Part shown: positions 45,265 through 58,653 of the stretch, piece after piece | How positions within the stretch are numbered: position 1 is the first letter of the stretch | How the letters are laid out: each line of letters starts with the position of its first letter | Assembly (NCBI GenBank): GCA_038087875.1 | Contig: CM075997.1 | Coordinates: forward strand, 620,001-684,000 | Source: Malacoraja senta | Taxonomy: Eukaryota | Direction of reading: 5' to 3' | DNA length: 64,000 bases | Notes under the pieces: generated by a model | What the model saw: only the letters and a program-made list of their open reading frames with translations | What the model was told of the DNA's origin: nothing | Databases searched by the model: none | Position numbers and translations under genes: made by a program

Positions 45265-46091
45265 ATGGTTCTCTGCATCGAAGTATCCTATTGGTAAGAC
45301 TGGGGTGGAATTATGCCGTGTGATTCCTCCCCGCGGCTCATTGCTAACTCTCCATTTAGAATGCATTCGAGTAGTTCGACACAATTCTTCACCGGGACAG
45401 GCAGCAGTATCTCTGGAGAGAAGGAACGGGTGACGTTTGGGGTCGGGACCCTTCGTCTGAACTACTACAGCTTTTTGTGTCTATCCTCGGTTCAAACCAG
45501 CATCTGTAGTTCCTTCCTACATCATTCTTCATCGCGTTTCTCCAACGCAGTCCTCTGTTTGCTTGCTCGCTCCGTGTCTGTGTAGCTTGAGATTTTAAAC
45601 GCCTTCTTTAAACGAAGAGAAATAACTTTGCCTTCCATCACAGTGAGGAGGAGATTCACTGTGATTGATGTTTTTCTGTAAATTGAATTGTTTGTGTGTC
45701 GTGTAGGAATTGTTTTGTTTGTATGGCTGTGGAAACGGAGTTTCGTTTGAGCCTCTTTGAGGTTCAAATGACAAGAAATAAAATCTAAATCTTTGTTTCT
45801 TCATGTAACGTCAGTGTCCCAAAGTGATCAGCGGGCGTCGCTTATTTGAGTACTTTTTCTTTATGTGCTTTACTAAATTAAGACACTTGAGAAACGCACC
45901 GGGGAAAACGCTGATTGCGAGACACTTACTTCCAGTATTTATTCAGATAGACACAAGGAACTGCAGATGTCAGGCTCTGCGGTAAAACATAAAAGTGCTG
46001 GAGGAACTTGGCAGTTCCTGACCTGAAACGTCGTCTGTCCATTCCCTCCACAGATGACCCGCCGAGTTCCTCCAGCACGTTGTTCTTGCTG

Positions 46092-46127
<36 letters not shown>

Positions 46128-49100
46128 CACAGACACACACTAGCAGCAAGAACAAAGTGCTGGAGGATATATATATATATCCATGTTTATTTTAACGTGC
46201 TGTAACTACATTATATTTTGGCCACATTTTCTGATGTCATAGAAGTAGACCATTCGGCCCATCGAGCCTGATGTTGAACGACACTGGGTTGAAGTGGGAG
46301 AATCTCATGCAACACATAATTTATTCACAAGGAACTGCAGATGCTGGTATCCGAGAAAGGCAATGTGCTGGATTGACTCAGTGGGTCATGCAGCATCTCT
46401 GGGGAACATGGATAAGTGACGTTCGGATCGGATCCTTCAGACCGATTTGGGAGAAGGGGGGGGGGGGGTAGGAGATGGTAGAGGGGAGAGAAAGCTAGAG
46501 GAGAGGTGGGGCGGGGGCAGGACAAACCCTGGGCAGCGATAGCACAACTGTGTAGGAAGGAACTGCAGATGCTGGTTTACACCAAAGATAGACACAAAAT
46601 GCTGGAGTAACTCAGCGGAACAGGCAGCGTCTCTGGTGACGTTTCGGGTCGAGACCCTTCTTCAGACCCGAGTCTGAAGAAGGATCTCGGCCCGAAACGT
46701 CACCCATTCCTTCTACCCAGAGATGCTGCCTGTCCCGCTGAGTTACTCCAGCTATTTTGTGTCTATTTTGGGGGAGAAACAACATCTGCATATCAAAACC
46801 CCTATCACTTTACAGCTCCTTGTGTCTCACAGTGTAAACATGGCAATAAAGTGTTTGATTCTTCTTTTGTGTGGCGTGCACAGCCTAAAGTTGTTGGACA
46901 ACTTGTTCTATTTGATCTTCCGTTTGTGCACGTCGAGTTGATTGCATTAGTCGAAACAGGGCGCACCACGTGAAGGTTGCAATCGTCCACCCCATCAAAG
47001 TGTTTTGAATAATCAGAACACAATTGTAAATCTGGACCTTTTTCTATTGAAGAGGAAAATGACAAGGGCCTCTATTTAGATTTTAAAAAATGCTGGAGAA
47101 ACTCAGCGGGTGAGACAGCATCTATGGAGTGAAGGAATAGGTGACGTTTCGGGTCGAGAGACCCTTCTTCAGACGTTTCGGGTCTCGACCCGAAATGTCA
47201 CCTATTCATTCCTTCGCTCCATAGATGCTGCCTCACCCGCTGAGTTTCTCCAGCATTTTTATCTACCTTCGATTTTTCCAGCACCTGCAGTCCCTTCTTA
47301 AACACAGGGCCTCTATATAGCAAGAACTCAATTGTATTAGGATATTTAGTGCCTTTTAATTAAATACTGTTGTGCTTGCATGTGTGCAGTGGGGTTTAAA
47401 ATCTCAGCATACTTGTACAAAATGTAAAATGTTGAGTGTGGTTTATTTTTGATTTTGCATGGGGAATTGGGGTGTTGGAGAATCCTTCTTCACTCATCCT
47501 AATATATCAGTCCACCACTGGTGAGCTAACAGAATTATTTTAGAAGTAAATCTGGATGCTTTCTGTACTGAAGTAAAAGTTTCCAATTTATTGGAAGATA
47601 CTAATCCTCTTTCTCCTTTTCTCTAGTACTTCCTGAGGTTATGGCAAGAAGGTAAGCATAAATGCTTGCGTTAATATTGACATTATCATTGGGTCTGAAT
47701 ATCCCAGATCATTTTGCAGTCAATAAGCTTGCAGAAATTCGGGTTAAATCCTGAAATCAGGCGCTATCTGTGTGGAGTTTGCTTGGTCTTGCTGTGACTG
47801 CGTGGGGTTACTCTGGGTGCTCCGGCCTCCTCCCACATCCCCCTGAAGTGCATTATTGCAGAATTGCCCCTAATATGTGGGGAATGGGTGAGAAAATGGG
47901 ATAACATAGAATTAGTAAGTGGGTGGTCGACGGGCCTAAGGGCCTGTTTCCTGGTTGTATCTCTCTAAACTCTTCCCTTTTTTAAGCTGCTTTGGTAGTG
48001 TAAACATCATTGCTATGCAAGAACTGTGTCAATCAATTAGTTTCACTTCTTCGTCTTGCGTATGGCGTGCACAGCCTAAAGTTGTAGGACAACTTGTTCT
48101 ATTTGATCTTACTTGATTGTGCACGCCAGGTTGACTGCATTCGTTGAAACGGGGTGAAGGTTACAATCTCCATCCCCAATTGGTTTCACTAAGAGCACAC
48201 ATAAATTGTTGGGGGATAGTCAAGTCAAGTGAGTTTATTGTCATGTGTCCCTGATTGGACAATGAAATTCTTGCTTTGCTTCAACACAACAGAACATAGT
48301 AGGCATTGACTACAAAACAGATCAGTGTGTCCATATACCATTCTATAAATATATACACACATGAATAAATAAACTGGTTCTAAGACCCCACAAAGACTTC
48401 TTGCTATTCTTCCAAAGTATTGCCGTTAAGAACTTGTGGGACCATTTGGGAGTGCAAGAAACACTTGTGCAAAGAACAGCATCTTGCGTGATTCAATCGG
48501 GCGAGTTCAGTAGCGCACGCTTGCAGCTGCCACTGAAATATGTAACAATTATAAACGGGGTACGGAACCCAAACCAAATGACATGAACGTGGAATCCTGA
48601 CATCCAAGAGTGGAGACTGGTGAGCGTTTTTCCATGTGGTAGTTCACAAACAGGGTAGTACCTGAATATAGCCTTATTTTTTTCGTATTACTTTGCATAT
48701 CTTTTAAAGCAAATGTGATTTTGTATTACATTTGAGATTTAATGAGGCGAGTAGAAAATAACTAATTTTATTTCTATTTTCTTTAGTTCAACAACCTCAA
48801 GGAAAAACTCGTAAAGGAGTTTCCTGATGAACTTAATATCGTAAGTGGATGCTACCAGCATGTTCATGATTAGAAGTTTCCAGCTGGCTTTGTCTGGTCA
48901 CAGTCAGTATTCACCACTGTCTGTAATCTCCTTCACTTCTGAGGGCTCGATACTGGGTTGTGATACAGCCACTCAATAGGCTCTCTACCATTCAATCTAT
49001 TGCGGGAACCGCCATGAAGAAGGGGGTGGGGGAAGGAAGAACAGAGGACCTGGTGTGGGAGAAGGGGGAGGAGAGCCAAGGAGGACCCGGCATGGGGGAG

Positions 49101-51865
49101 GGGGAACAAAGGACGTAATAATAGACAATAGGTGCAGGAGTAGGCCATTTGGCCCTTCGAGCCAGCACCGCCATTCAATGTGATCATGGCTGATCACCCC
49201 CAATCAGTACCCCGTTCCTGCCTTCTCCCCATATCCCATGTCTCCGCTATTTTTAAGAGCCCTATCTAGCTCTCTTGAAAGCATCCAGAGAACCTGCCTC
49301 CACCGCCCTCTGAGGCAGAGAATTCCACAGACTCACCACTCTCTGTGAGAAAGTGTTTCCTTGTCTCCGTTCTAAATGGCTTACTCCTTATTCTTAAACT
49401 GTGGCCCCTGGTTCTGGACTCCCCCAACATCGGGAACATGTTTCCTGCCTCTAGCCTGTCCAAGCCCTTAACAGACTTGGCGCGGTTTACTTTAGAACTG
49501 CTCTTTACGTGGTGACTATTTACATACCTTGGGTCTGCAAGCAAAGAATTTCACTGTGACTTGTCACAATAAAGTATTCTATTCAATTCAATACCATACC
49601 ACGTTGAAGTTCAATAGATTGGAGTGGTAAATCTGTGGAATTCATTGCCACAGAAGGCTTTGGAGGCCAAGTTAATGGATTTTTTTTTAAGGCTGGGATA
49701 TAGATTCTTGATTAGTACGGGTGTCAGGGGTTATGGGGAGAAGGCTGGAACATGGGCTTAGGAGGGAAAGATAGATCTGCCCTGATCGAATGGCCTAATT
49801 CTGCTCCTATCACTTACTGTATGAACACATTATTCACTGTGATGTGAGGTAGAAGCACCAACTGGATAAAGTGGAATATCTGAGCAGAGACAAGGAGACC
49901 TGAGCTGAATAAAACCAATTGATCCAAATAATTCCAATTTACTTTGGGAAGAATTGTTTTGCTTTGAGGGGTCAAAAAAATCAGGAGGCTTATATTTAAA
50001 GCAATTGATTGAAGAATTTAAATTATGGTGTTGACTTTTACCAAGGATTTTAGTGGTTTGGAATTGACCATTTAAAAGGACAGTTGAGGTTGAAAACCTA
50101 AATGTGTTCAAAATAAATTGAATGTATTTGTGTAGTGACCTTGAGAACTGGAAGATTGGGTTAAGTAGTCTCTATTTTGACCAGCAGAAATATAAATATA
50201 AGTAGCCCTTTTCCCCCAATTACATACATTTAATGTACAATATACACAGGCATTTAGAGTCATACAGCGTGGAAACAGGACCTTCGGCCCAACTTACCCA
50301 CACCGGCCAACATGCCCCAGCTGCACTCATTCTACCTACATGTGTTTGGTCCATATACCTCCAAATCTGTCCTATACATGCACCTGTCTAACTGTTTCTT
50401 AAATGTTGGGATAGTCCCTGCCTCAACTACCTCCTCTGGCAGCTTGTTCCATACACCCACCATCCTTTGTCTGAAAAAGTTACTCCTCAGATTCCTATTA
50501 AATCTTTTCCCCTTCACCTTAAACCAATGTCCTAGGGTCCTCGATTTCCCTACTCTGGGCAAGAGACTCTGCGAATCTACCCGATCTACTCCTCTCATGA
50601 TTTTATACACCTCTATAAGATCACCCCTCATCCTCCTGCGCTCCAAGGTATAGAGTCCCAGCCTACTCAACCTCTCCCTACAGCTCAGACCCTCTAGTCC
50701 TGGCAACATCCTCGTAAATATGGTAAATTTGGATTGTAAATATAATGGAGATATAGATCAGTCACAGTCTGTGCCGACTGACCAGTTCTCTTTGTTCTTC
50801 GGCTGTGCATTGATTTCAAACTTTATTTTTCAGGTTGGGAAACCAGTTGGTGGAAATACTGGCTGCTTTGAGGTTGTCATAAAAGATTCAGACGAAGTTC
50901 TGTTTTCTAAACTGGTTAGTGACAATTGTGTGTTGCATGTCACCTTGCTGTCTTTTCAAACTTTCCATTAATTGTTGTGAGTTTGGGTGTTGCAATTTGT
51001 TCTTCATGTATCTGGTATACACACTGCATGATACGTGGCAATGCTTTAGCAGTGTGCATGGTTGTCCTGCTGGCTTGGTCCAACACGTGATAAGGATACA
51101 GTAGAGTTGCTGCCTTACAGCGTTAGAGACACGGGTTCAAACCTGGCCAAGGATGCTGTCTGTTCGGAGTTTGTTCGTTCTCCCCGTGACTTGCGTGGAT
51201 CTCCGGTTTCCTCCCACACTCCAAAGACGTACAGGTTTGCAGGTTAATTGGCTTGGTAAAAATTGTAAATTGTCCCCAGTGTGTGTAGATAATAAGGTGC
51301 AGGGACTCTGTGGGCCGAGGGGCATGTTTCCGCCCTGTATTTCTGAACTAATACTGCCAATAGGTGCCCTAGAAATCATGTTCCAATAAAGAATCTGCAA
51401 TTGTGATACCATTATAGTCACAGGATTTTTCTTGTTGACCTGGACCCGTTACAATTTGCCTACTGCCACAACGGGTCAACAGAGGAAATGTTGGAGGAAG
51501 GAACTGTAGGTTCTGGTTTAAACTGTAGATAGACATAAAACGCTGGAGTAACTCAGTGGGACAGGCAGCATCTCTGGAGAGAAGGGATGGGTGACGTTTC
51601 GGGTCGAGACTTGCATACAATCCAGATGCACCTTTAAAACTAGTGAAAATGAAAGCTATATTTAAAACTGAATGCTATATTGTATTGCAGTTGTATTTTA
51701 TCTTGAGATGTCTGCCTATTAAGTCTATGACTGCTGGAAAACTAAGGGTCAATGCATTCATGTGTTTTCAAACAGCATGAAAAAAAACATGTTGATGACT
51801 CCGCAATTATGAAGATAGTGGCAGGAATCAAAGCAGCCCTTAATCAGTCAATGCAGAAGATGTAA
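45265..51865 (+). CDS. SELENOW: Selenoprotein W-like (Rdx family, CxxU), 92 aa, TGA read as selenocysteine
   Basis: Exons 45265-45293 (29 nt, Kozak gccATGG), 47627-47651 (25 nt, TGA at 47634-47636), 48787-48840 (54 nt), 50834-50914 (81 nt) and 51776-51865 give MVLCIEVSYCTSUGYGKKFNNLKEKLVKEFPDELNIVGKPVGGNTGCFEVVIKDSDEVLFSKLHEKKHVDDSAIMKIVAGIKAALNQSMQKM*. C10/U13 positions and the first three exon sizes match recalled SELENOW. A SECIS lies downstream. Whether it is an orthologue or a paralogue is unresolved. Confidence 0.88.
50255..50720 (-). mobile_element. CR1-clade LINE 3' fragment
   Basis: ORF 50332-50709: LSRLGLYTLERRRMRGDLIEVYKIMRG..WNKLPEEVVEAG. Confidence 0.85.
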
Positions 51866-53370
51866 TTCTCAGGTGAGATGTTGATTTTGTAAGTCAATGA
51901 ACCATTAAAGAATCAAGAGTATTAAATGTAGATTTGGTGACCGTTTCGCTGAACACTTTGCTCGGTCAGTCTAGGCCTAAAGGATCTCCTGGTTGCTAAC
52001 CATTTCAACTCCCTTGGTTGCTAACCATTTCAACTCCCTTTCCCATCCCCACACTGACCTTTCTGTTCTGGGATGCCTCCATTGCCAGAGTGAGGCCATG
52101 TGCAAATTGGAGGAACTGCACCTCATATTTCGCTTGTGCAGCTAACAACCCAACAGTATGAACATCAAATTCTCTAATTTTAAGTAACTTCTACTGACAC
52201 TGCCCTCCCCTCTTGTACCCTTCCTCCACCCCAGTTGTTTAGTTTATTGTCACGTGTACCGAGGTACAGTGAAAAGCTTTGTTGCGTGCTATCCAGTCAG
52301 CAGAAAGACAATACATGATTACAATCGAGCCATTTACAGCGTATAAATAGATATATGATAAGAGAATAACATTTAGTACAAGGTAAAGCCAGCAAAGTCT
52401 AAGCAAGGATAGTCAGAGGGTCACCAAAGAGGTAGATAGTAGTTCAACACTGCTCTCTGGTTGAGGTAGGGTGATTTACCAGTTCCACAGTTCTCCAGAT
52501 TGTATCTCTCTTGACCCCTTCCTCTGCCAACAATGGACCTTCCAAGCAATGAGGTCATTTGGCTCTGCTTGGTCCTGGTCCCTTCTTGCCTACAGGTCTT
52601 CACACTACCCACCACCCCTTACTTTCAAACTATTGTAGGTATATGCATTTAAAAAGTACCTTATGAACCCAACACTTGCCCAGAGTAGGGGAATCGAGGA
52701 CCAGAGGACATAGGTTTAAGGTGAGGGGATTTAATAGGAATCTGAGGGGTAACATTTTCACACAAAGGGTGGTGTGTGTATGGAACAAGCTGCCACAGGA
52801 GGTAGATGAGGCTGGGACTATCCCAACATTTAAGAAACAGTTAGACGGGTACATGGATAGAACAAGTTTGGAGGGATATGGACCAAACGCAGGCAGGTGG
52901 GACTAGTTTAGCTGGGACATGTTAGCTGATGTGGGCAAGTTGGGCTGAAGGGCCTGTTTCCACACTGCATCACTCATTGATTCTATGAATTCAGTGAAAA
53001 TGCAATGTGGCAGTCAAGTATGGATTCATAACAAGCTAACCATATGGTATATATAAACAGACATAATCATGAGATTTGCAATACAAAACACCCAAATCTG
53101 GGATTACATCAGGCAGAATAACTTGACATTTTTGCAATTAGTGAATGCCAGACAACCCATCTATTTTACAACCTTTCAATTTTAATCCTAGTGTGTGAAA
53201 AGATAGCATGCCCCTTTTAAAAAGAAAATTTTAGCATTGCTGTGGCGCCTGGCCATGACCCTGACAAAGTCGGTTTTACAGGTTCTATTTGTGCTTGGAA
53301 CAATTGTTGAAACGCTAACCTTCATTTCATATTCCAGTTAAACGTACATTTACCTGGTTCATTGTGGCTG

Positions 53371-53437
53371 AACACTTAATGATGGAGATGGCCAAAATGT
53401 CTTCCAAGGCACAGCTGTTCCCTGATGTCCATGTGGA
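53371..53437 (+). promoter_or_regulatory. Eukaryotic SECIS element (form II) in the non-coding last exon, which starts at 53338
   Basis: ATGA at 53379-53382; helix II GGAGATGGC/GCTGTTCCC; unpaired AAA at 53394; apical mini-stem TGTCTT/AAGGCA; TGAT at 53423-53426; outer CAC/GTG pairing. Preceded by a branch point (ctaac) and acceptor (ttccag at 53337). The matching donor follows 51872. Confidence 0.85.
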
Positions 53438-56429
53438 ATGCTCCAGTGACCAGGTTTTATGGGGTTTGACGAGTTCATTTTCAGCAAGCCAGTACCTAAT
53501 GTTTTTTCTCTCTTTACTCTTTTTCCTCCTCGATCCCCCCCAGTATCCAAGTACTTCCCCCCTGCAATGTTGTACTACAAAAATACAAACTCTATGCAAT
53601 TGAAGGGCACCATATTCACCCATTCCTTCTCCCCAGAGATGATGCCTGTCCCGCTGAGTTACTCCAGCATTTTGTGTCTATCTTCGGTTTAAACCAACAT
53701 CTGCAGTTCCTTCCTACATTTTGTCTGCTCCACTGCGAAATCTCAAGGTATGTCTACTTTGAAGAAGTTCCCGTCCTCTCTGCAACATCCTCTCACTGCT
53801 CCGCCTGTAATTCCTCCTGCTCGCCGACTACGCCTTCTCCCAGCTAACAATGATCTATTCTATTTTCTTTGATGTCCATTCCCCTTGTCCTGTTTTCACA
53901 TCTTACATTTCCTTATCTATCTCCCTCTCTCCTGACATCAGTCAGAAGGGTCACGACTCAAAACATCACTTGTTCCTTCTCTCCAGAGATGCTGCCTGTC
54001 TCATTGACACATCTATCTTCAATTTAAACAAGCACCTGCAGTTCCTTCCTACACCATATTCTTTTCTACAGCTGTGTGGAGCCAATTTTACAGACCTGCA
54101 ATGAGGACTTCCAACTCCCCTTTTCAAGGATATACAAATGTAACAGCTCTAATTAAAATTTGCACCCAGTTTTGTTCACCTTAAACAAACTGTTCACCTT
54201 AAATCAATAAGAAATTGCACTGATCCTTGCAATCATCATGCCTGCAATAATTTCCGATTGAGACTGTGCATTGTATTTCTGCACTTTTGCAAAAAAAGAT
54301 TGCCATAAACCCCCCCCCCCCCCCAGTAAATTCGATGAATTGGGCATGACGTTAAAAAGATTAAAAATAAAAGTTGACTAACAAAATGCACCAGCAATTA
54401 AAAGCTAATTTTATTCCAAGTTTACCCACCTAATATCGGCAGATAAAATTAAATGGAATTATTGTGATCCATCTGTGTGGCTTTTGGATGATTACATCTG
54501 TTGCTTAAAATGAGGAAGCGTGGTGCTGAGCAACTGTAACAATGGAGGAAATGGTTACTTTTGCTGATGATTGTAAAAGTGATAACACAGAAATCTTGCT
54601 TCCTCTGGTTCATAATGAGACTTGCAGATTGTACACTTCCTTTATTTGCTTGTAAAATTACTGTTCTAAAATAAAATGCTATGAATATGGGGAGAACCTG
54701 AAAATAAAACTATGTAGTAGGTCTGACACCAGAAAGAAAATGAATATTTCAGATTGCTGACTTAACAGTAATTATTTTTAAATGTTAATCTTGCCTAACC
54801 TCTTGTATTTCTACCAATTTTTTGAATTGTATTTGGTACTGCAATAAAATTGACAATGCTTAAAGCTTCTTAATTCTAAGAACTTTTTTTGTTCCCTATG
54901 GTTATCGGAATATATTTCGATTTGCAATCCAGTTTAGTTTAGAGATACAGCGTGGAAACAAGCCCTTCGGCCCACCGAGTCTGGACCGACCAGCGATCTC
55001 TGCATATTAACACTATCCTACACATATTAGGGATAATTTTACATTTATACCAAGCCAATTAACCTACAAACCTGTACGTCTTTGGAGTGGGGGAGGAAAC
55101 CGAAGATATCGGAGAAAACCCACGCAGGTCACGGGGAGAACGTACAAACTCCGTACGGAAAGCACCTGTAGTCAGGATCGAACCCAGGTCTCTGGTGCTG
55201 TATGGTTCTGAAAGAAAATTATTTTTACAGTACTATCCTTCATTTGAACTGTCATTGTATGAGTAGAATTCTAATCGTTTAGTCCTTAGAAGGACCTTTC
55301 TGTAAATTGCTTTGCAAACTAGATTCCAAGATGACATCTGGTGGTGAATTAATGCCATTTATTGATTGAGAAAATTTGAACAGTCGATGGTGATTTAAAT
55401 AAAAACAAAGTACTGTTGTAGCTCAGGGGCTCGGACAGCATCTCAGGATCACATGGATAGGTAATGTTTCAGGTTGGGACCAGAATTTATTGATTGCTTC
55501 AAGGTAATGTAACACTTTTCAAGAATATATCAGTGGAGCTCTGTAAACATTAGTGTTCTTCTCCCATGTGGAATGAAGTCAAGGTATTACATTTCAAGTA
55601 CAGAAAATAGTGACTGCTTTTCCTCCATGTTAATGATATCCAGTGAGGTATGTTAAGTTGAATTATCAGAATTCATCTCCAAATTATGTACACAATCAAT
55701 CACATAGTCCAATTAATAGATTAAAGAAATATAAAATCTGGTTTATGACTGGCAGTGGGAAAATTATGTTAGCTTGCCAAAGAGTCTTGCATGGGAACTG
55801 GCCAAATTAAACAATATTGCATATCTATGCAACTTAGTCATATTTTTGTCACATAACTGTGGTTACTGTTTCTGAATGTAGAGTGAACTGTTTTCTAACA
55901 AATAATTACACAAGTAGATTATGGTAGTGTATTTGTTAATGTACAGGTAACCCAGAGGCCCAAATTAATTATCAGGATCCCCAAGATGAAATACCACAAT
56001 GGCAGTTGTGCAGTTTGCATTTAGATAATTAAATAAATGTTGAAGAAAAGTTTGTGCCAGTAATGGTGAACGTGACAGTACCCGACTGGGGAAGGAACTG
56101 CAGATGCCGGTTTAAACTGAAGATAGGCACAAAAAACTGGAGCAACTCGGCGGGTCAGACAGCATCTGTGGAGAGAAGGAATAGGTGGCGCTTCGGATCA
56201 AGACCCTTCTTCAGACTGATAAACAGCTGGACTATAATAAATACCTGGAGTATCACAAGCATGTTTTGGTAAAGGAAGCCTGCCCTGCACCTTGTCCTAC
56301 CTAGAAGCAACTCGCTACATGCTGGGCTTTCCACTAATGCTCTCAGCCTATGGATAAACAAATGGAGGCTATTCAGTATTTGACTCTACTGGCAACACAC
56401 AAATCAGTCTATAGATAGTCCCCCCATTT

Positions 56430-56640
56430 CAGGGCACCATAATGTTTCGGACACAGCAATGTCATGTAAATGAAAGTAGTCATGTTTAGTATTTTGTTGC
56501 ATTTCCTTTGCATGCAATGACTGCTTGAAGCCTGCGATTCATGGACATCACCAGTTGCTGGGTATCTTCTCTGGTGATGCTCTGCCAGGCCTGTATTGCA
56601 GCCATCTTTAGCTTATGCTTGTTTTGGGGGCTAGTCCCCA
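56430..56640. mobile_element. Tc1/mariner-like fragment
   Basis: Begins with a degenerate Tc1-like end (cagggcaccataatgtttcggaca) followed by typical Tc1 internal sequence (tttgcatgcaatgactgcttgaag). Confidence 0.5.
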
Positions 56641-57504
56641 TTGCCTTTATAATTCAACATGTCCTTTCAGCATTTGGTGAACTTGATCATTCAATGTGGA
56701 AACTTACCTTCCTACTATCCTTTCAAAGGTGTTAAAAACAAAATTCAACCATGTGTACATTGCATGTTTATTGTGGGATAACAATTTAAAATTATGAAGT
56801 TAGAAAATAGGATATTGTAGATTATCCTGTAATGCAATCTGCTGTTGTGTTTCCACTTTTGTCTTGACATCTGATAGCTGATTACTCGAGGGCAGGCATA
56901 CTGATAAAGAATCAGACAAGCAAGATGCAGGCTTGCTTAATTCCATCATTTATTTGAGGAAGTTGCTCAAGAGCAATATAAATCCCTTGAGATTCACAGT
57001 AATGATTTCAGTAGCTGGTCTCCACTCCAATTATTCCAAGTTGGCCCCAACATTGCAAGCTCAGAGCTTACAGAAAAGTATCGAGTGATTGTGTGAACAA
57101 AAATAATAGCACTGCAACAGGTTTTCGTCAGATGGAATATTTACAAATTCCTCATTTATTATTTCATACAAATATTCATATCTCCAAAACATAATTGGAT
57201 ACTCATGTGTTTATAAAAGTTAAACTATTCCAATATTATGATATTAAACAAGTGTCTGCACTACAAACAGTCAAGGTGTAAAATTCAGTTTATACATGAG
57301 AAAAATCCACCTCTTCTACTGCAGCATTATGGGACCAGAGTGCTATACACTGGAAGGGTTGCACTTCTCACAATAATAGTAAATTTCTATCAATGTTATC
57401 AGTATGAATTGTCTACACAACAATACAGGTCTTGTGACCCAAGAGATCCGAAATCTGAAAGTGTAAAGCAATCTTAAAACAAAACGTGAACAGAAGTTTT
57501 CTGC

Positions 57505-57704
57505 NNNNNNNNNNNNNNNNNNNNNNNNNNNNNNNNNNNNNNNNNNNNNNNNNNNNNNNNNNNNNNNNNNNNNNNNNNNNNNNNNNNNNNNNNNNNNNNN
57601 NNNNNNNNNNNNNNNNNNNNNNNNNNNNNNNNNNNNNNNNNNNNNNNNNNNNNNNNNNNNNNNNNNNNNNNNNNNNNNNNNNNNNNNNNNNNNNNNNNNN
57701 NNNN
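57505..57704. other. Assembly gap (200 N)
   Basis: Run of N. Confidence 1.
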
Positions 57705-58432
57705 TTATATAACTTTAAACTTGGATATGGAAGCCAGATAATTTGTACATGGGTTGTCAGGATTCATTGCCCGTGATATCTCATTCACATGTTTAGATGT
57801 TAGATGTTTAAGGCAGAGATAGATAGATTCTATGGTATGGGTGATTAGTATGGGTGTCAGGGGTTATGGGGGAGAAGGCAGGAGAATGGGGTTAGGAGGG
57901 AGAGATAGATCAGCCATGATTGAATGGTGGAGTAGACTTGATGGGCTGAATGGCCTAATTCTGCTCCTTACACATATGAACTGATGTTTTTCCATGGTCT
58001 GCTCCTGATTGCTAGATCCACAAATTGTTGTCATTCTAAATGTCCTTGAGTGCAGAGAGTGAAAGACCCAAGCCAGGGACCTTCTATATTGGGTCTTCCT
58101 CAATGTGAAGACACATGTAAACTTTGTTGTGAGTTCCATTCAGTTATCCAAGCTTCACGGCCATGTCACCAAACTAGTTCTAACCAACATGAACACTGTT
58201 AGCCTTGGAGAGATCCAAGTACTCAAGGTCAGAATTGCATTATGCTGGAGACAATGGGGGCAGTACTGGGTATTTGTGTATGATCTTTTTTTAGCAAAAT
58301 GCTCTATTAATAATTATGATTTTACAAGTGTAGTGATTTGCACTCACTTTTAGAATCATGGTTAAGTTATACAGCACGAAAAAGTCCCTTCAGTCCAACC
58401 TGTTCACATTGAACAGATGTCTGTCTAATCTA

Positions 58433-58653
58433 AGGTACACAAAAATGCTGGAGAAACTCAGCGGGTGCAGCAGCATCTATGGAGCGAAGAAATAGGTAAC
58501 GTTTCGGGCCGAAACCCGTCTGAAGAAGGGTTTCGGCCCGAAACGTTACCTATTTCCTTCGCTCCATAGATGCTGCTGCACCCGCTGAGTTTCTCCAGCA
58601 TTTTTGTGTACCTTCGATTTTCCAGCATCTGCAGTTCCTTCTTTAATACAACA
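58433..58653. mobile_element. Penelope-terminal-repeat-derived fold-back element (example of a high-copy family)
   Basis: About 85-bp near-perfect inverted repeat at 58432-58614; 14-bp TSD gtctgtctaatcta at 58419-58432 and 58654-58667. Related copies lie at about 10808-10975, 32845-33040, 35950-36160, 44620-44760, 46550-46770, 47085-47305 and 61194-61349. Confidence 0.8.

Noticed and set aside
47634..47636. TGA as a premature stop (pseudogene)
   Set aside because: It lies at the CxxU position of a SelW-type protein, the downstream exons stay open and a SECIS is present.
57110..57156. Second SECIS on the minus strand (ATGA..AAA..TGA)
   Set aside because: Helix length and spacing do not fit, and there is no linked TGA-containing ORF.
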